Assembly (NCBI GenBank): GCA_020437905.1 | Contig: JAGQVN010000139.1 | Span: forward strand, 1 to 60,487 | Source: Flavobacteriales bacterium | Lineage (GTDB): Bacteria > Bacteroidota > Bacteroidia > Flavobacteriales_F > PHOS-HE28 | Direction of reading: 5' to 3' | Length of the DNA stretch: 60,487 nt | Shown here: positions 36,996-44,078 of the stretch, in pieces | Position numbering within the stretch: the stretch's first letter is position 1 | How the letters are laid out: the number at the start of each line of letters is the position of its first letter | The notes under the pieces: generated by a model | Told to the model about the DNA's origin: nothing | Databases searched by the model: none | What the model saw: only the letters and a program-made list of their open reading frames with translations | Made by a program: the position numbers and the translations under genes

Positions 36996-37630
36996 AACTG
37001 CTGCAGATAAGGTGATTGACGGAAGGCCTGGTCGATCTGGGAGTCGATACGACCCAGCACACTATTGGTCGAGCCTTCCAGCAGACCGTTGAAGGCACCC
37101 AACCAGACCACGGGCATGTTCTCATCCGGTCCGATGTCCTTGGGGGCGGTCATTTGGAACAACACGGATCCCGTACGATAGGAACTCACCGTGGTACCAT
37201 ACCCTGGGTAGCCCGGATAACCCCACCCCCAACCCGGATAGTATCCGGGATAATACCAACCCCAATACCCCCAGCTGTACTGCAGGTTCAGCGTGCTTCC
37301 CGCCGAAGGCAGGATGATCATGTCCGGGTCCTCCGTCTCGTCGACCAGGGTCCAACCGTAAACCGACATGTTCCGCTTGATGGCATTGATGATGCGATCG
37401 CCATACTGGGCCCCAATGAACTCCGGGTCCTGGGGATCGCTGTTGACGTCGATCCGCACAACGCTGTCCGGAATGGCGTAGGTGCTCCTGCTCTGGAAAT
37501 CGTAGGTCGGGCTATAGTTGGTCACCAGCAGGTCGTACTCATCGATGTACGTCGGCGTCTGGGGATAACAACCCATCAGAAGTATGCCGGCTGCAAGCGC
37601 GGCCCATGAGGTGGCTTGTGGGATCTGCAT
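36992..37630 (-). CDS. DUF4136-like lipoprotein with Trp/Tyr/Gly/Pro-rich insert
   Basis: The start at 37630 gives MQIPQATSWAALAAGILLMGC, a lipobox signal. The central tract is YSWGYWGWYYPGYYPGWGWGYPGYPGYG. Confidence 0.75.
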   Translation of the reverse strand: MQIPQATSWAALAAGILLMGCYPQTPTYIDEYDLLVTNYSPTYDFQSRSTYAIPDSVVRIDVNSDPQDPEFIGAQYGDRIINAIKRNMSVYGWTLVDETEDPDMIILPSAGSTLNLQYSWGYWGWYYPGYYPGWGWGYPGYPGYGTTVSSYRTGSVLFQMTAPKDIGPDENMPVVWLGAFNGLLEGSTNSVLGRIDSQIDQAFRQSPYLQQL

Positions 37631-37763
37631 CGGTTCGTGGTTCAGCGTCAAAGATATTCGTTGACACGCGCTGATCCAGGTCCCACCGGACCGAAACACC
37701 CATCAGGAGGATCCGAACAATATGGCGGGAAGCTCCTTTCTTTGAGGGCCCAACCAGCGATCC

Positions 37764-38462
37764 ATGCGTGCTTTCCACTTCGCGTTGTTCCTCCTACCCT
37801 TGGTCACCTTCGGACAGGAAAAGAAATGGTATGTCACCTCCGGTGGCGAATGGATCTTCTCCGTTCCGATCCTGGACGTTGCCGGGAACGACCAGGGGGG
37901 GATCGTTCGTTTCTCTCCAGTGGTGAACGCCCAGTTCAATTTCAATTATGACTTCGGGAAGAGCGCAGGGCTCTTTACGGGCCTTGCCGTGCGGAACGTG
38001 GGCTTCATCTACCAGGTCCCCGACACCACCATCCGCAAGAAGTTCCGGACCTACAATTTGGGCGTCCCTGTCGGCCTGAAATTCGGCAACATGAACTCGA
38101 CCCTGTTCTTCCTCGGCTATGAACTCGAACTACCCATCAACTACAAGGAAAAGACCTTCGAGAACGAGCGGAAGACCGATAAGTTCAATGTGTGGTTCAG
38201 CGACCGCAACGAATCTTTCATGCAAGCGGTGTTCGCCGGCGTCCAATTCAAATATGGCACGGCGCTGAAGTTCAAGTATTACCTGAGCAATTTCCACAAC
38301 AAGGAATTCAGTGAGAATGTGGATGGTGTCAACAGCAAGCCCTATGCAGCGCTCAATGCGAACGTGTTCTACGTCTCGCTGAGCTATGCCCTGTTCCGCA
38401 ATTCCAAGTTCACCTACAGTACAGGTGGAACTCCAGCAAGCCCCCAGGCCATGCTTTGGTGA
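37764..38462 (+). CDS. small outer membrane beta-barrel protein
   Basis: Signal peptide MRAFHFALFLLPLVTFGQ is present, with beta-strand patterning and a last strand ...FYVSLSYALF followed by a short tail. Confidence 0.7.
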   Translation: MRAFHFALFLLPLVTFGQEKKWYVTSGGEWIFSVPILDVAGNDQGGIVRFSPVVNAQFNFNYDFGKSAGLFTGLAVRNVGFIYQVPDTTIRKKFRTYNLGVPVGLKFGNMNSTLFFLGYELELPINYKEKTFENERKTDKFNVWFSDRNESFMQAVFAGVQFKYGTALKFKYYLSNFHNKEFSENVDGVNSKPYAALNANVFYVSLSYALFRNSKFTYSTGGTPASPQAMLW

Positions 38463-38465
38463 GGG

Positions 38466-39557
38466 TTAGTGGGAGTAGGATCGCCCGCGCCACCAGATCT
38501 TAATGTTGTTGGTGCCCAACACAGCGGTCACCAGACCCCGATGCATCCTGAGTTCTCTGACCGGTTGTCCCCGATCGATCACTCCTTCAACCTCATTGCG
38601 CCATACACGGATCGCATTGTTGTTGTCAAGGTACGCGATGGAACCCCAGGATGCTTCCCACAAACTGGGAATGAACTGCCCCCCCAGCGTATGTAGTTTT
38701 CCCTCACTGAACACGCGGAACTGGCCCAGGTCCTCGATGATGACCAGGCTGTCCACGATCTGCCAGGAATCAGGTTCGAAATCCCGGGCGGTGTAGATCA
38801 TCCCTTCCTGAAAGACCTTCAGCGCACCGGTCAGGTCAAGGTAAGCCAGGGTGCCTTTTCCCACCTCGTAGCGTACAGGCATCTGTCCTTCCAGATCGTA
38901 GACCACCCCTTTGTGAAACACCTTGAAGCCTTGATCGTACGGATCCTGGAAAGCGACGATGTCCAAGCCGCATTTGAAATCCATGCTGCTCACCAGGTCA
39001 CCGAGCACCTGTGTCTCTCCGCGGTAGAACACCTTGAAATTCCGCTCTCGCGCAGAGACCCAGGCGATCACGTTGTCCCCCGCTTTCCAAGCGTTCACCA
39101 CATCTCCGGCAAGCACATCCTCCAATTGGATGATCCGTCCTTTATAGTACGCGTTGAGGGTCTGCCTTACACCATCGCGGAATGCCGCCACGCTGTCCTC
39201 CACCACATAGCCCGCTGTGTTTCCACAAAGCGTGTGGATCTCTCCATCGAAGACCTTGAGCACCCCAGCGGTCTCAAAACCTAGGAAATGATCGGTGACC
39301 GTGGGCACCCCCAGCACGGTACGGTCGATCACCCGGTCCCGGCCGTCCACATAAACTTTCAGATCTCCTCGCGCATCGGCGTAGGCCACATAGTCTCCAC
39401 CGACGGCGAAGGACTTGGGGCGGATGCCTTCGATCTGTTTGATGACGCCCCGGTCGAACACGTAGAGGCGTCCCATGTAATCGAGAAAGGCGGACACATC
39501 CTGTGCGAAGGTCGCCAGGGGCAGGCCTAGGACCAGCAGGGTCAACAAGCGCATCAT
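38466..39557 (-). CDS. secreted repeat protein (about ten about 38-aa repeats with a [LF][KR][VI][FYW] core), unknown family
   Basis: The start at 39557 gives MMRLLTLLVLGLPLATFAQ. Recurring units include DLKVYVDG, VLKVFDGE, NFKVFYRGE, GFKVFHKGV, ALKVFQEGM, QFRVFSEGK, AIRVWRNE and NIKIWWRG. Confidence 0.7.
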   Translation of the reverse strand: MMRLLTLLVLGLPLATFAQDVSAFLDYMGRLYVFDRGVIKQIEGIRPKSFAVGGDYVAYADARGDLKVYVDGRDRVIDRTVLGVPTVTDHFLGFETAGVLKVFDGEIHTLCGNTAGYVVEDSVAAFRDGVRQTLNAYYKGRIIQLEDVLAGDVVNAWKAGDNVIAWVSARERNFKVFYRGETQVLGDLVSSMDFKCGLDIVAFQDPYDQGFKVFHKGVVYDLEGQMPVRYEVGKGTLAYLDLTGALKVFQEGMIYTARDFEPDSWQIVDSLVIIEDLGQFRVFSEGKLHTLGGQFIPSLWEASWGSIAYLDNNNAIRVWRNEVEGVIDRGQPVRELRMHRGLVTAVLGTNNIKIWWRGRSYSH

Positions 39558-39603
39558 GCCGTCCAAAGTAGCAAGAACGGGGCCAAGCGGAAAAGTCGGT
39601 CGC

Positions 39604-40635
39604 TTAGGAGATCTCCCAGGTGCGCCCACCTTGAAGAATTGCATCCAAAGACCATACCCCTTTGGCCTTCTTCGCAGCATCCACCTGGGCGTTCATCTTT
39701 TCCTCATGGGTGGGCCGGTCCGCCACATAGATCACCCCGAATGGTCTTGGTAAGGCGCCTTCTTTAGCCGGATCATCGAACAAGCGGACCAAAAGGGAGG
39801 CCTTGAATTGGTCGCGCTCATCATGCACCCATAGGTCATCAGCGGACACCGATCCGTCCTCCAGGCTCACCACCATCGGTGTCATGCCGTCCAGGCGGAT
39901 GCCCTTTCTTCCTTCGTCGAAGATCAGCGGCTTGCCATGCTCGACGAAGAGCGTATGCGCCGCCTTGCTCTTCTTGTCGGTGAATACCTCGAAGGCACCG
40001 TCATTGAACACGTTGCAGTTCTGATAGATCTCGATCAAACTTGCCCCGCGGTGCGCATCCGCACGTACGAGGATCTCCCGCATGTGTTTCGGGTCGCGGT
40101 CCATACTACGTGCAATAAAGGTGCCGTCGGCTCCTTTGCACAGTGCCAAGGGGTTGAAGGGGTGGTCCGTGCTGCCCATGGGCGTGCTGCGCGTCACTGC
40201 TCCCTCCGGGCTGGTCGGTGAGTACTGTCCCTTTGTGAGCCCGTAGATCTCGTTGTTGAAGAGCAGAATGTTCACATCCACGTTCCGGCGCAACAAATGG
40301 ATGATGTGGTTGCCGCCGATGCTCAAGGCATCACCATCGCCGGTGATCATCCACACGCTCAGGTCCGGACGCACACTGCGGAGCCCGCTCACAATGGCCG
40401 GCGCGCGACCATGGATGCTGTGCATACCATAGGTGTCCAGATAATACGGGAAGCGCGAACTGCAACCGATACCGCTGATGAACACGATCTCCTCCTTGGG
40501 CCTCCCCTGCTCCTTCAATACGGTCTCCACCTGCTTCAGGATGGAATAGTCCCCACAACCCGGACACCAGCGGACCTCCTGGTCGCTGGCGTACGAGGGC
40601 TTTGCCTCGGCCATGGTCCCGTTCGTGGTGCTCAT
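39604..40635 (-). CDS. korB: 2-oxoglutarate:ferredoxin oxidoreductase, beta (TPP-binding) subunit
   Basis: WCPGCGDYSIL and the TPP motif ITGDGDALSIGGNH are present. It overlaps the alpha subunit gene by 4 nt. Confidence 0.88.
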   Translation of the reverse strand: MSTTNGTMAEAKPSYASDQEVRWCPGCGDYSILKQVETVLKEQGRPKEEIVFISGIGCSSRFPYYLDTYGMHSIHGRAPAIVSGLRSVRPDLSVWMITGDGDALSIGGNHIIHLLRRNVDVNILLFNNEIYGLTKGQYSPTSPEGAVTRSTPMGSTDHPFNPLALCKGADGTFIARSMDRDPKHMREILVRADAHRGASLIEIYQNCNVFNDGAFEVFTDKKSKAAHTLFVEHGKPLIFDEGRKGIRLDGMTPMVVSLEDGSVSADDLWVHDERDQFKASLLVRLFDDPAKEGALPRPFGVIYVADRPTHEEKMNAQVDAAKKAKGVWSLDAILQGGRTWEIS

Positions 40636-42488
40636 GCGTTCAGCAATTGAAGGGCCGCAGCCCGGACCTCTTCGGCCATGAAGGGCATTCCTTGGACCTT
40701 GTTACATCCCTTGGCATCCACCAAGTACTCAGCTCGCAGCAATTGGCGCAGTTGACCACTGTTCAGTTCGGGCACCAGGATGTGACGATACTTCTTCATC
40801 AGCGGACCGAGCCCCCTATTGAAGGGGAACATGTGCCGCAAGTGTACATGCGACACGGCATATCCTTCCTGCTGCAGGGCCATCGCTGCCGTATGGATCG
40901 CCCCATAGGTGGAACCCCATCCCACGATCAGCAGATCCCCTTCAGCGGGTCCGCTTGCCAGCCGCATGGGACGGAACGTATCTGCGATACGCGCAACCTT
41001 ATCGGAACGCAAGCGCACCATCTTTTCGTGGTTCACGGGGTCGTAGCTCACGTTGCCCGTACCATCCTCCTTCTCCAGGCCGCCGATCCTGTGCTGAAGC
41101 CCGGGAACGCCCGGCATTGCCCACGGTCTAACCCCGCGATCATCCCGTTGGTAAGGAAGGAAGATCTCCCCATCCGCATGCTTCGGTGCAAAGGGGGGAT
41201 GTATGGAGGACAGATCGCTGGCCTGCGGAAAGCGCCACGGCTCCGAGCCGTTGGCGATGTACCCATCGCTAAGCAGGATCACCGGGGTCATGTGCTCGAT
41301 GGCAAGCTTGGCGGCCTCAAAGGCCATCTCGAAGCAGTCCACCGGTGTGCTGGCTGCGATCACCGGGATCGGCGCTTCGCCGTTGCGCCCATGGATGGCC
41401 TGCCAAAGGTCGGCCTGTTCGGTCTTGGTGGGCAGCCCGGTGCTGGGTCCACCGCGTTGCACGTTCACCACCACCAAGGGGATCTCCAGCATCATGGCCA
41501 GGCCCAGGGCCTCGGTCTTCAGAGCTATGCCCGGACCACTGCTCGCCGTGACACCAAGGGCCCCACCGTAGCTGGCCCCGATGGCGGAGCAGATCGCAGC
41601 GATCTCATCCTCGGCCTGAAAGGTGCGCACGCCGAACTGCTTGTGTTTGGCCAGTTCGTGCAGGATGTCACTGGCGGGTGTGATCGGATAGCTGCCGTAG
41701 AACAGGTCCAACCCGGCCTTTTCCGCTGCGGCCACCAGACCGAGCGCAATGCCCTGATTCCCGCTGATGGCCCGGTAGCGTCCTTTGGGCATCGGAGCCG
41801 GCTTCACCTCGAAGCGTGTGGTGAAGGTCTCGCTGGTCTCGCCGTAATTGTATCCTGCGAGCAGGACCTTCCGATTGGCCTCCAACACCTCGGGCTTCTT
41901 CGCGAACTTCTGCTGCAGGAAGCGTTCGCTGTTGGCCAGGTCGCGGCTGTACATCCAGTTCACAAAGCCCAGCACGAACATGTTCTTGCAGCGGTCCTTC
42001 TCCTTCATGCCCAGGCTGGTATCCTCCAGCGCGGCACGGGTCATCTTGGTCACATCCATGGCGTGCACCGTGTAGTGCGCCAGGGAGCCATCGTTCAGCG
42101 GGTCGGCGCCTTCGGGATAGCCACACAGGCGCAGGTTCCTGGCATCGAAGCCGTCGCTGTTGGCGATGATGATGCCGCTCTTCTTCAACTTGCCCAGGTT
42201 GGCCTTCAAGGCGGCGGCGTTCATCACCACCAGCACATCGGCCTGGTCACCGGCGGTGAAGACCTCCACGCTCCCGAAATGCAATTGGTAACCGCTTACA
42301 CCAGCTAGTGTTCCTTGCGGTGCGCGGATCTCGGCCGGGAAATTGGGAAAGGTGCTGACGTCGTTGCCGAAGAGCGCGTTGGTATCGGTGAACTGGCTGC
42401 CGGTCAACTGGATCCCGTCCCCGGAATCGCCGGCGAACAGGATCACCACGTTCTGCCGTTGCTCGATGGTACGGGTCGGGGTTTCCAT
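40632..42488 (-). CDS. korA: 2-oxoglutarate:ferredoxin oxidoreductase, alpha subunit
   Basis: 618-aa fused gamma/alpha-type subunit with ...ILFAGDSGDGIQLTG... and ...YPITPASDILHELA... Its pairing with korB supports the call. Confidence 0.88.
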   Translation of the reverse strand: METPTRTIEQRQNVVILFAGDSGDGIQLTGSQFTDTNALFGNDVSTFPNFPAEIRAPQGTLAGVSGYQLHFGSVEVFTAGDQADVLVVMNAAALKANLGKLKKSGIIIANSDGFDARNLRLCGYPEGADPLNDGSLAHYTVHAMDVTKMTRAALEDTSLGMKEKDRCKNMFVLGFVNWMYSRDLANSERFLQQKFAKKPEVLEANRKVLLAGYNYGETSETFTTRFEVKPAPMPKGRYRAISGNQGIALGLVAAAEKAGLDLFYGSYPITPASDILHELAKHKQFGVRTFQAEDEIAAICSAIGASYGGALGVTASSGPGIALKTEALGLAMMLEIPLVVVNVQRGGPSTGLPTKTEQADLWQAIHGRNGEAPIPVIAASTPVDCFEMAFEAAKLAIEHMTPVILLSDGYIANGSEPWRFPQASDLSSIHPPFAPKHADGEIFLPYQRDDRGVRPWAMPGVPGLQHRIGGLEKEDGTGNVSYDPVNHEKMVRLRSDKVARIADTFRPMRLASGPAEGDLLIVGWGSTYGAIHTAAMALQQEGYAVSHVHLRHMFPFNRGLGPLMKKYRHILVPELNSGQLRQLLRAEYLVDAKGCNKVQGMPFMAEEVRAAALQLLNA

Positions 42489-42499
42489 GAAAAGCGTGA

Positions 42500-42528
42500 C
42501 AAAGGTAAGGAGGTGCTGCGGCCGCAGC
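42500..42528 (-). promoter_or_regulatory. candidate Bacteroidota -7 box (TACCTTTG) plus perfect 14-bp palindrome GCTGCGGCCGCAGC upstream of korA
   Basis: The minus-sense sequence is ...GCTGCGGCCGCAGCACCTCCTTACCTTTGTCACGCTTTTCATG. TACCTTTG fits the TAnnTTTG consensus and ends 11 nt before the ATG. The palindrome spans 42515-42528. Confidence 0.3.
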
Positions 42529-42674
42529 GGCGCTAGGGCTGTGGTGGAAAGAACACCGGAAAGCGCAATTCGTTCAGGGAACGAGCGACCATTTCTTACT
42601 CCGATCCGGTCTCCGCCTGGGGACCCTGCTGCGCGGGGGTTTCCCCGGCGCCAAGAGCTGTTCCAGCGATCAGC

Positions 42675-44075
42675 TTACGGCTTACCGACCACCACCGGCA
42701 AGCCCCCGCTCTGCTTGCCATCGGACCAGTGCAGGTAGACCACCCCTTGCACCGCACCCGGCAGGGTACACGTGTAAACGTAGCCGTTCCTATCCACCTC
42801 CATCGGAAGCTGACGACCCTGCGCATCATAGGCCGCAAACTGCACCTCCGGGCCTAGCCCGGCAGGCAACCGTAAAGTGAACTGCCCGTTGTTCGGGTTG
42901 GGGAACACCTGCGCGGCCCGTGGCTCCCCAGGGCCTTCTGCTAAGCTTTGGGCAATGGTGAAGCAGGTATCCGGCGGGTGGTCCATCGGCAGTTTCATGA
43001 TGTAGCGGATCATCGGTGAGCTGCTGGTGCAATCCTGATAGAGACAGGTGGTGGCGTAGAGCGTATCGGCCGAACCCACCAGCTTGTCCACCCAGATCTG
43101 GTTCCCACCGATGATACACAGTTGCTCGCCATCATAGCGGCCGATGAAATAGGTGCCCTGAAGGCCATTGACCACGAACGGCCCGTTGAAATACAGGTCG
43201 CCATTGATGATGGCCAGGTCGCGCCCCATGCCCGTAAAGGCGATATCCGGGAAGGGGTCCAGCCATTGGTTGCCGTCCCAGGCCATCAGGCCGCTGGCCA
43301 CGTTGCCCCAACTGGCGGCGAACTCGCCGATCACCCAGAGCAGGCCATCGTACACTTCCAGGTCGTTCACCCAGGGGTCGCCATTGATCCCGGGCCCCAG
43401 CTCCTCGTAGCCGTTGGCGGTCTTGCGCACCAGGTCGTTCAAGCCACCGGCCGTGGTGAAATTGCCCCCGATGTGCAGCAGGCCCTGGTATTCCCGGATC
43501 GAACCAGTGGCGAAGTAGAAGTCCTCCGAAGCATCCCCTGCACGCCATGTGGTGCCATCGAATATGGCCCAGTTCGTTGCGGTATCCCCATCAAGCACAA
43601 TGGAGCAATTGCCGAGCAAGTGAAGTTCTCCCTGCGCGATCTCCAGGACACCCGTACCGCTAAGCAGGAACTGGCTGGAGTCCAAGCCAACAGAATGGAA
43701 TGCGCTGCCATCCCATTTCGCAACCTTGTACGTGTTGGGCACCGAGGTGACCTGCTCGAACCAACCGGCCAGGTACAATTCATCCTGGAACAGCTCCAGG
43801 TCCATCCCTTGATGGTAGGGTTGGCCCAAGGCATTCCCCAAAAATCCATCGCCCATGGGAGCCCAGTCGCTTCCGTCCCATTGTGCCAACCCGCGCAAGG
43901 GAACACTGTCCGGGTAGGTGCAACACATATCACCAATTAGGTACAAAGTCTCAGAGCTGCTATCCCAAAGTGACCCACGTGGATTCCCCATAACGAAGCC
44001 ATCACCCACCGTGGTCCATTGCGCCGACCCAAGAAGCGCCGCAAGCAGCGGTACCAGTATGACCAAGCGGTACAT
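42675..44075 (-). CDS. secreted beta-propeller-like protein with T9SS C-terminal sorting domain
   Basis: Signal peptide MYRLVILVPLLAALLGSAQ is present. WDG..W...G motifs recur. The C-terminus ...QVFPNPNNGQFTLRLP... matches the T9SS type A CTD pattern. Confidence 0.8.
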   Translation of the reverse strand: MYRLVILVPLLAALLGSAQWTTVGDGFVMGNPRGSLWDSSSETLYLIGDMCCTYPDSVPLRGLAQWDGSDWAPMGDGFLGNALGQPYHQGMDLELFQDELYLAGWFEQVTSVPNTYKVAKWDGSAFHSVGLDSSQFLLSGTGVLEIAQGELHLLGNCSIVLDGDTATNWAIFDGTTWRAGDASEDFYFATGSIREYQGLLHIGGNFTTAGGLNDLVRKTANGYEELGPGINGDPWVNDLEVYDGLLWVIGEFAASWGNVASGLMAWDGNQWLDPFPDIAFTGMGRDLAIINGDLYFNGPFVVNGLQGTYFIGRYDGEQLCIIGGNQIWVDKLVGSADTLYATTCLYQDCTSSSPMIRYIMKLPMDHPPDTCFTIAQSLAEGPGEPRAAQVFPNPNNGQFTLRLPAGLGPEVQFAAYDAQGRQLPMEVDRNGYVYTCTLPGAVQGVVYLHWSDGKQSGGLPVVVGKP

Positions 44076-44078
44076 GGC

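Noticed and set aside
40602-42308. 568-aa plus-strand ORF
   Set aside because: It lies entirely antisense to korA, which has clear family motifs. The translation is Arg/Gly/His/Pro/Ala-rich with no motif or signal. Long stop-free antisense frames are expected in high-GC DNA.
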